DNA of 59,266 nucleotides, taken from Armatimonadota bacterium. Its GTDB lineage: Bacteria; Armatimonadota; Fimbriimonadia; Fimbriimonadales; GBS-DC. The stretch covers positions 1 to 59,266 of the forward strand of contig JBBIML010000019.1 of NCBI GenBank assembly GCA_037444405.1, in the 5' to 3' direction. The notes under the pieces were generated by a model. That model ran no database searches and had not been told where the DNA came from. It worked only from the letters and a program-made list of their open reading frames with translations. Shown piece by piece: positions 34,190 through 44,474 of this stretch (position 1 is its first letter; the number at the start of each line of letters is the position of its first letter). The position numbers and the translations under genes were made by a program.

Positions 34190-35350
34190 TCACAACACTC
34201 CCGTTTCGGGGTTCGGTGCGCCTTCGGCGAAGCGGGTGGGGCGCAGGGGCGTGATATCGAACGGCAGCGGCTGACCCCGTATCAGCGCGGCGACAATCTC
34301 GCCCAGCGCGGGCGCGTGCATCACGCCGTGCCCCGATGAGCCGTTCACCAGATAGAACCCGCGCAGTTCGGGCGCCTCACCCACAATCACATGGCGATCA
34401 GGCGACATCTCGTACAGTCCTGCATAGCATGCGGCGCGGTCGATCGGCACGCCCTGCAGGCATGGCACACGCTGATGCGCTCGCTCCACCACTCTGGTCA
34501 GCCACGCCTCATCGAAGGTGGTATCAAACGGGTCGCTGGCGGGATGCTCGTCAGGCAGGAGCAGCAGAACGCGCCCATCGCGCACGCGCAGGTGGAAGCC
34601 GTCCGTTACATCGATGCTCATCGGCATTGTGTCAGGCAGCAGAGCGGTCGGCATGGTGATCGCCACCTGCCGCTTGAGCGGTCGCACGGGCAGCTCAACG
34701 CCCGCCTGTTGCGCCACGACGCCCGCCCATGCGCCCGCAGCGTTCACGATCGCGCCTGCCGCAATGCGCTCGCCGTCGATCTGCACGCCTGCCACACGCT
34801 CGCCCGCGCGCCAGACTCGCGCCTCGCCCGCGCCATAGCGAAACTCCACACCGCCGCGCTCCGCCGCCTGCCGATACCCATGCAGAATGTTTATCGGCTG
34901 GGTGAAGCCGTCCAGCGGGCAGAAGGTTCCGCCGATCACATCATCGGTGAACAGCGCGGGGTTCAGACGGCGGATGTCGTCCACGCTGACCTCGTGCGAT
35001 TCGTATAAGCCCGCCTCGCGCTGGGCGTGTAGGGCGTCCCGCAGGGTGGCAAGTTGCGCCTCGTTGCAGGCGACAAACAGATAGCCGTGTGGTCGGTAGC
35101 CTGGATCAACGCCCGTCTCATCACGGAAGCGAAGCAGCTTCTCGCGTGAGAGCAGCGACAGGCGCACATTGATGGGCGTGCTGAACTGGCAGCGGAACCC
35201 GCCAGTGGCGCGACCTGTGCTGCCCATACCCGGCTGTGGCGCACGGTCGACCACCAGCACCTTCTGGCAGCCGTACTGGCTCAGGTGATAGGCGACGCTC
35301 GCGCCGATCACGCCGCCCCCAACGATAATCACCTCATAAGTTGCGGGCAT
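34190..35350 (-). CDS. FAD-dependent oxidoreductase (DAO / sarcosine oxidase beta-like)
   Basis: IVGGGVIG, GSTGRATGG, VNAAGAW, SGHGVMHAP. Confidence 0.88.
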   Translation of the reverse strand: MPATYEVIIVGGGVIGASVAYHLSQYGCQKVLVVDRAPQPGMGSTGRATGGFRCQFSTPINVRLSLLSREKLLRFRDETGVDPGYRPHGYLFVACNEAQLATLRDALHAQREAGLYESHEVSVDDIRRLNPALFTDDVIGGTFCPLDGFTQPINILHGYRQAAERGGVEFRYGAGEARVWRAGERVAGVQIDGERIAAGAIVNAAGAWAGVVAQQAGVELPVRPLKRQVAITMPTALLPDTMPMSIDVTDGFHLRVRDGRVLLLLPDEHPASDPFDTTFDEAWLTRVVERAHQRVPCLQGVPIDRAACYAGLYEMSPDRHVIVGEAPELRGFYLVNGSSGHGVMHAPALGEIVAALIRGQPLPFDITPLRPTRFAEGAPNPETGVL

Positions 35351-35398
35351 CGCGCCCTTAGTTTTACCCTGCCCGATGCTGGTGGATATACTTCTGGT

Positions 35399-36943
35399 GT
35401 GAGATGGGCGATTCTGGGATTATCAGCGATTGGGAGCGCGCTGGCGCATCCGCCGCTGGGCTGGTGGTGGCTGGCGCTGGTGGCGCCCGCGCCGCTGTTC
35501 GCCCTTCTTTCTGGCAAGCGGGCGCGGACAGGCTTTCTGTACGGCTGGTGGTGGGGGTTTGTGTACGCGCTGGTGCTGGGCTTCCCGCTGACCTATCTGG
35601 TGAACCTGCGCACGGGCAGCTGGTGGCTGAGCGCGGTCGGCTGGGTGGGCATCGCCGCGCTGGGCGCGCTGTTCTGGGGTCTATTCGGGACGGTGGCAGC
35701 GCGCATGCCGGCGTCGGGATGGGGCTGGCTCGGCATGGCGGGGCTGTGGACGCTATGCCAGTGGCTGCGCGGGCTGGGACCGTTCGCCTTCGTGTGGGGA
35801 CATCTGTCGGTATCGCTCTATCGCGCACCTGTGCTGATCCAGATTGCCGACCTGATGGGCGTGTGGGGGCTGGAGTTCCTGCTCGCGCTGGTGAACGCGC
35901 TGCTCGGCGCATGCTTTCTTAAAGCCCTCTCCCCCACTGGGGGAAAGGGTATGGGTGAGGGGGCAAAATACCCGCTCGTTGCGCTCGCGCTTACCCTGCT
36001 GATCTGGCTTGGCTACGGCGTCTGGCGGTGGGCGCACTGGTCGGCGCCTGCCCTCCAGGGAGAGGCGTTCCGATTCGCTATCATTCAGCCGAATCTCGAT
36101 CTGACCCGTGCCTACACGCCCCGCGAGTGGGCGCCCATTCGCGCGCGGCTCGCGGAGCTGGTTCGGCAGGCAGCAGGCGACCGCCCGCAGCTCATCATCC
36201 TGCCCGAATCGGTGGAGCCGTACCCGATGCCTGAGGTGGAGTGGGCGTTCGAGTTCTGGCGCCAGCTCGCGGGGCAGACGCAAACGCCCATTCTGGTGGG
36301 CGGCTATCGGATCGCCGACCCCATCACGCGCCAGTATGCGAACACAACGCACCTGTTCCTGCCCGACGGCACATGGCGCTATCACGATAAGGTGCAGCTC
36401 GTGCCGCTGGGTGAGCATGTGCCCTTCCGCGAGCAACTGCCCTTTCTGGAGGCGTTCGGCGTGGTGGAGCGTGACCTGATCCCTGGTGACTCGCTGGAGC
36501 CGATTCGGATGGAGCCGTTGCGTATCGGCGCGGTCATCTGCATGGAGTCGACCTATCCGTGGATTGCCCGCCTGATGGTGCGCAACGGCGCGAATCTGAT
36601 CGTGGTGCTATCCAACGAGTCGTGGTTTGGTCGCACAGCGGCGCTGGAGCAACATCTGGCGTACAGTGTGTTGCGGGCGGTGGAGACACGGCGGTTCGTG
36701 GTGCGCAGTGCGCCGCAGGGGGTAAGCGCGGTGATTGCGCCATCGGGCAGGGTTCAGCGCGTGCCCGCGTTTCAGGAAGCGGTCGTCCCCTACACGGTGC
36801 AGTTGCTGAGCGTGCCGACGCTCTATGAGCGCTGGGGCGACTGGATTGTGTCCGTGAGCGCGATTCTGGCGCTATGGGGCTGGTTCAGGGGCGTGCGGTC
36901 GCCCGCTGGGCGCGTTTCTTCCGCCCGCCCAGAAGCCACTTGA
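35399..36943 (+). CDS. lnt: apolipoprotein N-acyltransferase
   Basis: TM region, IQPN, LPES, DKVQLVPLGEHVP, ICMES, SNESWFG, RAVE; GTG start. Confidence 0.9.
   Translation: MRWAILGLSAIGSALAHPPLGWWWLALVAPAPLFALLSGKRARTGFLYGWWWGFVYALVLGFPLTYLVNLRTGSWWLSAVGWVGIAALGALFWGLFGTVAARMPASGWGWLGMAGLWTLCQWLRGLGPFAFVWGHLSVSLYRAPVLIQIADLMGVWGLEFLLALVNALLGACFLKALSPTGGKGMGEGAKYPLVALALTLLIWLGYGVWRWAHWSAPALQGEAFRFAIIQPNLDLTRAYTPREWAPIRARLAELVRQAAGDRPQLIILPESVEPYPMPEVEWAFEFWRQLAGQTQTPILVGGYRIADPITRQYANTTHLFLPDGTWRYHDKVQLVPLGEHVPFREQLPFLEAFGVVERDLIPGDSLEPIRMEPLRIGAVICMESTYPWIARLMVRNGANLIVVLSNESWFGRTAALEQHLAYSVLRAVETRRFVVRSAPQGVSAVIAPSGRVQRVPAFQEAVVPYTVQLLSVPTLYERWGDWIVSVSAILALWGWFRGVRSPAGRVSSARPEAT
35925..35963. 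repeat. REP-like element inside lnt, in frame
   Basis: ccctctcccccactgggggaaagggtatgggtgagggg encodes LSPTGGKGMGEG between TM helices. Confidence 0.7.
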
Positions 36944-37973
36944 AGAGCTTGAGTGCGCCCTGTTCCCACGCCACGCGGTGCGTCACGCCCGTGCCGATCT
37001 CCAGCCCGCTCGCATACTCCAGATACCACTGATAGGAGCGGATGAGCGCTTCGGCGTTGCTGTAGCGCGCGCCCCAGCCGAGCTTCGCCTTCGCCCGCTC
37101 CACCGACACGAACGAATCTTTGTCGGCGGTCTCGTAGACCCACTTATAGAGGGGCGAGAGGCGCAGCCACTCCAGAATGCGCAGGATAAACTTCACCAGC
37201 GATGCGGGCGTGCCCATCGGTCGCGCGCCCGAACCCGCGAAGTCGCACAGCGCCTGCAAATCTTCGCGCACGGTCTGGAACCGCTCCGCGCCGATGTTGA
37301 AGGTGTCGTTCGCCTGCGCCGCATCGACGGTGCAGACGAGCCAGAACGCCTCACACAGGTCGGACACCTCCAGCAGCTGGTAGCGGTTGCGCCCGCTGCC
37401 AATCATCGGGATGCGCGCCCCCGACTCCACCCAGTCGTACAGAATCTGGAACACGCCCAGCCGCGCGGGTCCGATGAAGGTCTTGGGGCGAATGATGGGC
37501 ACGATATGCCCCTTCTCGCGGAACTCCAGGCATACACGCTCGGCAAGAATCTTGCTCTCGCCGTAGGGACCGACACCGACCAGCGGGTCATCTTCCTCGA
37601 TCGGGTGCTTGCGCGGCACACCGTACACGGCGGTGGACGAAACGAAGGCGACGCGCTCGACGCCCGCGCGGAACGCCTCCTCCAGCACGGTGCGTGTGCC
37701 GTCCACATTCGTGCTGAAGATGTCCTGCCGTTTCCAGAGGGGGAGCGCAGCGGCACCATGAATGACCCAGCGCGGGCGCGTCTGCTCCAGCGCCTGCCGA
37801 ACCGCCTCCCGATCGCGCACATCGCCCCGATAAAACTGGGTACCAGGCGGGTATTCCGACTCGTCATAGGGTGCGATATCGAACAGAGCAATCTGCACCC
37901 CTTTATGGCTCAGATGGTGCGAGAGGTGATAGCCTAAAAAGCCCGCACCGCCTGTGATCAGCACTCTCTCCAT
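36885..37973 (-). CDS. NAD-dependent epimerase/dehydratase (extended SDR)
   Basis: ITGGAGFLG, SSTAVYG, YGESK. Confidence 0.9.
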   Translation of the reverse strand: MERVLITGGAGFLGYHLSHHLSHKGVQIALFDIAPYDESEYPPGTQFYRGDVRDREAVRQALEQTRPRWVIHGAAALPLWKRQDIFSTNVDGTRTVLEEAFRAGVERVAFVSSTAVYGVPRKHPIEEDDPLVGVGPYGESKILAERVCLEFREKGHIVPIIRPKTFIGPARLGVFQILYDWVESGARIPMIGSGRNRYQLLEVSDLCEAFWLVCTVDAAQANDTFNIGAERFQTVREDLQALCDFAGSGARPMGTPASLVKFILRILEWLRLSPLYKWVYETADKDSFVSVERAKAKLGWGARYSNAEALIRSYQWYLEYASGLEIGTGVTHRVAWEQGALKLFKWLLGGRKKRAQRATARP

Positions 37974-38012
37974 CGCGCCCAGAGTATACCCTGATGGGGT
38001 ATCCTGCCAGGG

Positions 38013-38759
38013 ATGGACGAGCGGTTGCTGTGGATAGAAAGTCGGGGTCAGCGGATGGCGGGCGTGCTGCACCTGCCCGATGGGCGTCGTCGCGCGCCTG
38101 CCGTGTTGATGCTGCACGGCTTCACAGGGAACAAAGCGGAGACCCATCGGCTATTTGTGCAGACGGCGCGCCGTCTCACAACGGCGGGCTTCATCGCCTT
38201 GCGCTTCGATTTTCTCGGTTCGGGCGATAGCGAGGGCGAGTTCGAGCAGATGACGATTCGGGGCGAGGTGGAGGACGCGCTGAACGCGCTGGCGTTCCTG
38301 CGGGCGCAGCGGCATGTGGACACCGCCCGAATCGGGCTGCTGGGCTTCTCGCTGGGTGGGTGCGTAGCGGCACTCTGCCTGCCCCGCGCAGGCGACATCA
38401 AAGCCGTCGTGCTGTGGGCGCCCGTGTCGAACCCGATGCGCTGGATGCCGCCAGCAGGCGTGCCCGATAAGCCCGTCAATCTCGGGGGCAATCGCGTGGG
38501 CGTCGCGTTCTATAAAGAGTTGCCCGAGCTGAAGCCGCTGGATGCGGTGCGGGCATACAGGGGTGCGGTGCTGGTGCTGCACGGCACGGCGGATACCGCC
38601 GTCAGCCCTCAAGAGGGTCGCGCCTATGAGGGCGCCTTCGGGCAGGCGCGCCCGTTCGAGTTCCGCCCCATCCCCGACGCCGACCACATCTTTTCGGAAC
38701 CCGACGCGGAACAGCACCTCATCCAGCAGACGCTGGAGTGGTTTCAACGGTTTCTGTAG
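38013..38759 (+). CDS. alpha/beta hydrolase
   Basis: LHGFTG, GFSLGG nucleophile elbow, HGTAD, ADHIF. Confidence 0.9.
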   Translation: MDERLLWIESRGQRMAGVLHLPDGRRRAPAVLMLHGFTGNKAETHRLFVQTARRLTTAGFIALRFDFLGSGDSEGEFEQMTIRGEVEDALNALAFLRAQRHVDTARIGLLGFSLGGCVAALCLPRAGDIKAVVLWAPVSNPMRWMPPAGVPDKPVNLGGNRVGVAFYKELPELKPLDAVRAYRGAVLVLHGTADTAVSPQEGRAYEGAFGQARPFEFRPIPDADHIFSEPDAEQHLIQQTLEWFQRFL

Positions 38760-39705
38760 CCGAAACCGCCTGGTCCCGCAGGACATCGAGCGTTGCAGGG
38801 ATGCCCTCCTCCAGCTCCAGCACCGCCTGCAACGCGGCGACCGCCACCTCGATCTGATCATCGGTCGGCTCGCGCGTGGTCAGATACTGGCTCCACAAGC
38901 CGGGCGCCAGCAGCACGCGCGTGAGCCAGCCGCTTTTGAACATCCCCGCCAGCCGAATAATCTCGTACACGACGCTGGCAATCACGGGCAGGAGCGCAAC
39001 ATGCATCGGGATACGAATATAAGCGGGCGGGCGCCCCAGCAGCGCGAACACAAAGATGCTCACCACCAGCACCAGCAGCACGAAGCTGGTGCCGCAGCGC
39101 GGATGCAGGCGCGTCTGCTGGCGGGCGGTCTCCACCGTAACGGGCAGCCCCTCCTCCAGCGCATTAATCGCTTTATGCTCTGCGCCGTGATACTGGAACA
39201 CACGCCGAATATCAGGCATCAGCCCGATTGCCGCCACATAGCCCAGAAAAATCGCGATACGCAAAAGCCCGTCGAGCAGGTTCTGCTCAAAACTGCCCCA
39301 GCCCCCGCGCTTGAGCCAGTCGGTCAGGAGCGTCGGCAGCACAAAAAAGAGCAGGATGCCCAGCCCCAGCCCGAACGCTGCCGACGCGCCAATCGCGATA
39401 TCCTGCACCGAGCGTGGGATTGGCTTCTGGTTCGGATCGTTCCGCAGTTGCACCTGACTGGAAAAATGCAACGCTTTGATGCCCAGCGCCAGTGCGTCAA
39501 TGAGCATCAGGATGCCGCGTAGCAGTGGGCGGTTCATAAACTGCAACTTGCCGATGAGGGTGCTGGTGAGCGGTTCCGCCCGTAGCACCAGCGAGCCGTC
39601 GGGGGCGCGGCAGGCAATCGCAAAATAGCGGGGGCTGCGCATCATCACCCCCTCGATGACCGCCTGACCCCCGTAGCGCCAGTACCGTTTCTGCGGCTCG
39701 CTCAT
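38719..39705 (-). CDS. DUF1385 domain protein
   Basis: [34 protein letters not shown]; usual position after rpmE. Confidence 0.88.
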   Translation of the reverse strand: MSEPQKRYWRYGGQAVIEGVMMRSPRYFAIACRAPDGSLVLRAEPLTSTLIGKLQFMNRPLLRGILMLIDALALGIKALHFSSQVQLRNDPNQKPIPRSVQDIAIGASAAFGLGLGILLFFVLPTLLTDWLKRGGWGSFEQNLLDGLLRIAIFLGYVAAIGLMPDIRRVFQYHGAEHKAINALEEGLPVTVETARQQTRLHPRCGTSFVLLVLVVSIFVFALLGRPPAYIRIPMHVALLPVIASVVYEIIRLAGMFKSGWLTRVLLAPGLWSQYLTTREPTDDQIEVAVAALQAVLELEEGIPATLDVLRDQAVSATETVETTPASAG

Positions 39706-39920
39706 CCCTGCTTCCCGTAGTTTTGATATTTGCGCATGAAGCGCTCCACGCGCCCTTCGGTGTCCACCACGCGGCGCGTGCCCTCGCCCGTGAACACGGG
39801 ATGGCACGCCGCGCACACCTCCAGCCGTATCTCCTCTTTCGTCGATAGCGTCTGGAAGGTGTTGCCACACGCGCAGTGAACCGTCGCAATCACATACTTC
39901 GGATGGATGCCCGATTTCAT
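39702..39920 (-). CDS. rpmE: 50S ribosomal protein L31 (zinc-binding type)
   Basis: [13 protein letters not shown]...[19 protein letters not shown]. Confidence 0.97.
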   Translation of the reverse strand: MKSGIHPKYVIATVHCACGNTFQTLSTKEEIRLEVCAACHPVFTGEGTRRVVDTEGRVERFMRKYQNYGKQG

Positions 39921-39979
39921 CGCTTTCGCCTCCTGTGAGGTACATTATACCTGTCCTGATGCCCAAAATGAGAAGTGAG

Positions 39980-40645
39980 ATGCCGATGCAGAGGCGATGG
40001 CTTTGTGGGCTGCTGGTCACGCTGGCGCTTGGTCTGGGCGCGTGCGGCGGAGTGCAGACAGGTCGACAGGCGGTCTGCACCGCCGAGACTTTCACGCCGA
40101 ACTATGTGCCGAAACTGGAGCGGTTGCTGCACTGGGGCGGCTTTCCCGTCAGCGTCGCCTTTGTCAAAGATGAGAGCTACACCCCTGTCCGTCAGGCAAT
40201 CGCGCAGGAGGGGTTCGACCAGTGGGTGGAGTACAGCGGGCTGAAAATCCGCTATGTGGTGGTGGAGGGTACTGAAAATGCGCAGGTGGTGGTGCGCTTC
40301 GACCCCAGCACACGCAACGGCTTGACCGAATACACCTTTCGCCCCAACGGCTTGCTGGTGCGGGCGGAGGTTTCGATCGGCGTTAAGGGCAACAGCGCGG
40401 TGGATATTCAGAGCGTGGCGGCGCACGAGTTCGGGCACGCGCTGGGCATCGGCGGGCACAGCGACAATCCTGCCGATATGATGTACCCCACCTTCATTTC
40501 GGGCATCCCGCTCCAGATCACTGAGCGCGACTTCAACACGCTCAAAACCGCCTACTGCGACCTGTTTCTGCAATCGCGTGCTTTGGCTCACGGAGAATCC
40601 CCCGATGAACCCCTGCTCCGCCTCACCATTCACTGCGGGGATTGA
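39980..40645 (+). CDS. matrixin (M10) family metalloprotease lipoprotein (start approximate)
   Basis: Lipobox LGAC, HEFGHALGIGGHS, Met-turn DMMYP. Confidence 0.85.
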   Translation: MPMQRRWLCGLLVTLALGLGACGGVQTGRQAVCTAETFTPNYVPKLERLLHWGGFPVSVAFVKDESYTPVRQAIAQEGFDQWVEYSGLKIRYVVVEGTENAQVVVRFDPSTRNGLTEYTFRPNGLLVRAEVSIGVKGNSAVDIQSVAAHEFGHALGIGGHSDNPADMMYPTFISGIPLQITERDFNTLKTAYCDLFLQSRALAHGESPDEPLLRLTIHCGD

Positions 40646-40692
40646 AAGCAATCTAAGGGGCGATCCAGTAATTCTTATGTAAATCCAGACGG

Positions 40693-40905
40693 GTGAACCT
40701 GCTCAGTTGCAAAGAAGACAGGTTCTCTCCTGATGGGCGCTACTTCGCGTATGGGCGTTCGGATGGAACAGTGGTGCTGGCGCGGAATCCGTTCTGGCCC
40801 GGTGTGAATGATGACGGCTGTATTGATCTGGACATGTTCCGCACGATGGTCAATGTGGAGGGCGACGCGGGCGGAGCCGTGATTGTCAGGAACCTTATGC
40901 GTTGA
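40693..40905 (+). pseudogene. remnant of a WD40 plus dockerin/EF-hand-like protein
   Basis: FSPDGRYFAYGRSDGTVVLARNPF followed by VNDDGCID; no N-terminal part and no RBS. Confidence 0.5.
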
Positions 40906-40911
40906 ACCTCC

Positions 40912-42207
40912 TCACCCCAGAGGGGAGAGAGGATACACGCGCTCGCCGCCAACAAAGGTGTAGCGCACCCTGCCCTGCAGTTCCCAGCGGGCGAAGGGCG
41001 TGCTTTTGCCCAGCGAACGGAACCCGGCAGGGTCCACCGTCCAGTGGACGCTGGGGTCGATCACCACCACATCGGCGGGCGCGCCCACCTGCAAAGTGCC
41101 TGCGGGCAAGCCCAGCATCTGCGCGGGGCGCGTGCTGAGTCGATAAAGCAGCGCCAGCGGACTGAGCGGCTCACCTCGCGCTGCGTTCCAGCGCAGGATG
41201 CAGCCCAGCGCGGTCTCCAGCCCCACAATCCCGAACGGCGCCTGACCGAACGGCTGCTCCTTCTCAAAGGCGGCGTGGGGCGCGTGGTCGGTCGCTATGC
41301 AGTCGATGTCGCCTGCAATCAGCCCTTCGCTGAGCGCGTCGCAGTCCGCCTGCGTGCGCAACGGCGGGTTCATCTTCGCGTCGGTGTTGAAACCGTCGCA
41401 GGCATGATGGGTCAGCAGCAGATGGTGGGGCGTGACTTCCGTCGTGAGCGACGCGCCCAGCTGCCGAAAGAGCCGAACCAGCTCCAGTCCGACAGCCGTC
41501 GACAGGTGCTGAATGTGGAGGTGGCAGCCCGTTTCGAGCGCGAGCAGGGCGTTGCGGGCAATCATTATCGTTTCGGCGGAGGCGGGCATCCCACGCAGCC
41601 CCAGCCGTGCGCTCACCTCGCCCTCGTGCATCGACGCGCCAGCAGTCAGGCTCTGATCCTCACAGTGAGTCAGCACGGGCAGCCCGATTGCGGCGCAGGC
41701 GCGCATCGCCCGTCGCATGACCGCCGCCGACTGGATGGGGAACGCATCGTCGCTGACGGCGACCGCGCCCGCCTGCCTGAGCGCCGCATAGTCGCAGAGC
41801 TGCTCGCCGCGCATCGCCTGCGTGAGCGCCGCCACCACATAGACCCTGCAGGGCGATTCGCGCTCCGCCCGCCACAGCAGCTCGCGCACCAGCGCAGGGC
41901 TATCGAGCGGTGGCTCCGTGTTCGGCATACAGCAAATGGAAGTGAACCCGCCCGCGACCGCCGCCTCGCCGCCCGACTGAAGAGTCTCCTTATAGCTCTG
42001 ACCTGGCTCGCGCAGATGCACATGGATGTCCACCAGACCGGGGGCGACCCAGCAGTCGGCGCAGTCGATAAGCGTTTCGCCCGCTTCGGGTGCGAGCTGG
42101 GGCGCAATCTCGGCGATTCGCCCACTCCGAATGCGCACATCGGCTTGACTATCCAGCCCCTGAGCGGGGTCTATCACGCGCCCGTGCCGCAACAGATAGT
42201 TCGCCAT
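40912..42207 (-). CDS. pyrC: dihydroorotase
   Basis: DIHVHLREPG, CMPNT, KMNPPLR, IATDHAPH, GKSTPF. Confidence 0.93.
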   Translation of the reverse strand: MANYLLRHGRVIDPAQGLDSQADVRIRSGRIAEIAPQLAPEAGETLIDCADCWVAPGLVDIHVHLREPGQSYKETLQSGGEAAVAGGFTSICCMPNTEPPLDSPALVRELLWRAERESPCRVYVVAALTQAMRGEQLCDYAALRQAGAVAVSDDAFPIQSAAVMRRAMRACAAIGLPVLTHCEDQSLTAGASMHEGEVSARLGLRGMPASAETIMIARNALLALETGCHLHIQHLSTAVGLELVRLFRQLGASLTTEVTPHHLLLTHHACDGFNTDAKMNPPLRTQADCDALSEGLIAGDIDCIATDHAPHAAFEKEQPFGQAPFGIVGLETALGCILRWNAARGEPLSPLALLYRLSTRPAQMLGLPAGTLQVGAPADVVVIDPSVHWTVDPAGFRSLGKSTPFARWELQGRVRYTFVGGERVYPLSPLG

Positions 42208-42276
42208 CGCCAGCATGGTGATTCGCGCCCCGAAACGGCATTCCCGCCTGACCTATTGGTGATCGATCTTGCTATG

Positions 42277-42305
42277 TTGCATGAACCGTGCCTAATGGGT
42301 ATAAT
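42277..42305 (+). promoter_or_regulatory. sigma70-type promoter
   Basis: TTGCAT (42277-42282), 17 bp spacer, TATAAT (42300-42305). Confidence 0.6.
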
Positions 42306-42354
42306 GACAGGGCAGGGGGTAAGGGGAGCGAACAATGAAGTAGAGGTGAAGGCG

Positions 42355-43440
42355 ATGGCGAATGTCGAAAAGAAGTGGAAGAAGTTGGCAGAGAAGGTGA
42401 GCGGCTTAGCAGCAGAGCCGCTTAATGAAGATGAGACGAAGGCGGCGCTGATCGATCCAGTGCTGGAAGCGCTGGGTTGGGACCCAGGGAACCCACGCGA
42501 GGTAAAGCGCCAACACTCTGTGACGGGTGGTGGAAAGGTTGACTACGCTCTCAAGTTAAACGGCAAGGTCAAGCTCTTCGTCGAAGCGAAGGCTTTAGGT
42601 GAACAATTGGACGATGAGAAGTTCAAGACCCAGACCCTTAATTACGCCAAGCACGGCAATGTGGACTGGTGCGTGCTGACGAATGGCAATATCTGGCGCG
42701 TTTACAGCAGAGGTGCGACGAACAAAGTGGATGAAAACTTGTTTTTTGAGGTGAGGCTCACAGACCTTCTGACCGAGGCATGGGAAGAAGCGATGGGGCG
42801 GCTAAGGCTCTTGTCGAAAGGCAGCTTGCGGGAAGGAAGGCTGGATAAAGAAGGGAGGTCATACTTCACCGCCCGTCGTGCTGACCCTCGTGTAGAAGAG
42901 GCACTGAAGCAATTGCTCGCCGAGTCGTCGCCGGAGCTGGTCGCCTTGCTTCGTGAGAAACTGCCAAAGCGGTTTTCGAAGAAGGTGATCAGCGTGTCCT
43001 TGCAGCGGTTGGCGCAGCGGCTATCGTGGCAGGAGCCGACCGCTGAAGCGGGGACGCGGCGCAAGGTGAAAGGGACTTACGACTACGACCACCACTTTAA
43101 AGACAAGCCGGAAGAGATGAAAGAACTTTACAACCGACTACACGAAGCAATTACGCAGCTCGCAGGCGATATCAAGCGAACATTTCGGAAACACTACATC
43201 GCCTATGGTGTGAAGAAAAAGAAAAAGAAAAAGAACCTCGTGGAGGTACAGGTGCAAAGCCATCAATTGAAGCTATTTGTGCATTTGCCCTATGCTGACA
43301 TTCCCATCAAGCGAGACATTGTGCGCGATGTTTCCAAGAAAGGACATTGGGGCACAGGCGACACAGAAGTACGGTTGGAAACTGATAAGGATTTAGACTA
43401 TGCCATGTCCATTATCAAGCAGGCTTACGAACAGATGTAA
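42355..43440 (+). CDS. HsdR N-terminal-like PD-(D/E)XK nuclease fused to a DUF5655-like domain
   Basis: NEDETKAALIDPVLEALGW, VDYAL, VEAK, LTNG..W; C-terminal KHYIAY...RDVSKKGHWGTGD. Confidence 0.75.
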   Translation: MANVEKKWKKLAEKVSGLAAEPLNEDETKAALIDPVLEALGWDPGNPREVKRQHSVTGGGKVDYALKLNGKVKLFVEAKALGEQLDDEKFKTQTLNYAKHGNVDWCVLTNGNIWRVYSRGATNKVDENLFFEVRLTDLLTEAWEEAMGRLRLLSKGSLREGRLDKEGRSYFTARRADPRVEEALKQLLAESSPELVALLREKLPKRFSKKVISVSLQRLAQRLSWQEPTAEAGTRRKVKGTYDYDHHFKDKPEEMKELYNRLHEAITQLAGDIKRTFRKHYIAYGVKKKKKKKNLVEVQVQSHQLKLFVHLPYADIPIKRDIVRDVSKKGHWGTGDTEVRLETDKDLDYAMSIIKQAYEQM

Positions 43441-43457
43441 ATCCACAGGAGGTTGTT

Positions 43458-44459
43458 ATGAGTACCCGTACGAAAAAGGCGGCGCTCTCCAAAGAGGAGC
43501 GCGAGGAACTGCTGGAACTCTATCGCCAGATGGTGCTGATTCGGCACTTCGAACAGCACTGCGATCGGGCGTATCGCCAGGACAAGATTGGCGGCTATCT
43601 CCACCTGTATATCGGTGAGGAGGCGCTGGCGGTCGGCTTCATCTCGCAGCTGCAGCCGAACGACCGCGTGCTGGGGCACTATCGCGATCACGGCTATGTG
43701 CTGGCGCTGGGCAGCGACCCGCGCCGCGTGATGGCAGAACTGTACGGCAAGGTCACCGGGCTGTGCCGCGGCAAGGGCGGCTCGATGCACTTTTATGATA
43801 AGGCGCACAACTTTCTGGGCGGCTACGCGATTGTGGGCGGCGTGATCGGCATCGCGACGGGCGTCGCCTTCAGCCAGAAATATCGGCAGAGCGACGGCAT
43901 CACGCTCTGCTTCTTCGGCGACGGCGCGATGAACGCCGGACTGCTGCACGAATGCCTCAATATGGCAGGGCTGTGGAAGCTGCCCATCGTCTACATCGTG
44001 GAGAACAACAAGTACGCGATGGGCACGCCCGTCGAACTGCACTCGGCGGTGACGAACCTGGCGGAGCGCGCATCCGTGTACGGCTTCCCCAGCTGCCAGA
44101 TCGACGGCATGGATGTGCTGAAGGTGCGCGAGGCGGCGCGCGAGATCATCCACCATGTGCGCACGCGCCGGGAACCCTACTTCGTGGAGGCAATCACCTA
44201 TCGCTTCGTGGGGCACGGCGCCGCCGACATCACCGACCCCGGCTCGTATCGCACGCGCGAGGAGATCGAAGAGTGGCGCAAGCGCGACCCTATCCCGAAC
44301 CTGCAACACTACCTGCTGCAGAACGGCATCTGCACCGAGCAGGAGCTGGAAGCGATTGACCAGCAGGCGCAGCGCATCGTCGAAGAAGCCGCCCGCTACG
44401 CCGACGAGAGCGCTGACCCGCCACTGGACGAGCTCTGGCAGCATGTGTTCACCGACTGA
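43458..44459 (+). CDS. pdhA: pyruvate dehydrogenase E1 alpha
   Basis: GGYLHLYIGEEA, YRDHG, GGSMH, FGDGA...NN, TYRFVGH. Confidence 0.95.
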   Translation: MSTRTKKAALSKEEREELLELYRQMVLIRHFEQHCDRAYRQDKIGGYLHLYIGEEALAVGFISQLQPNDRVLGHYRDHGYVLALGSDPRRVMAELYGKVTGLCRGKGGSMHFYDKAHNFLGGYAIVGGVIGIATGVAFSQKYRQSDGITLCFFGDGAMNAGLLHECLNMAGLWKLPIVYIVENNKYAMGTPVELHSAVTNLAERASVYGFPSCQIDGMDVLKVREAAREIIHHVRTRREPYFVEAITYRFVGHGAADITDPGSYRTREEIEEWRKRDPIPNLQHYLLQNGICTEQELEAIDQQAQRIVEEAARYADESADPPLDELWQHVFTD

Positions 44460-44474
44460 ACGGAGGTTTCCAGC

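Noticed and set aside
41044..42354. 437-aa N-terminal extension of the nuclease ORF
   Set aside because: Antisense to pyrC; promoter and RBS support ATG 42355
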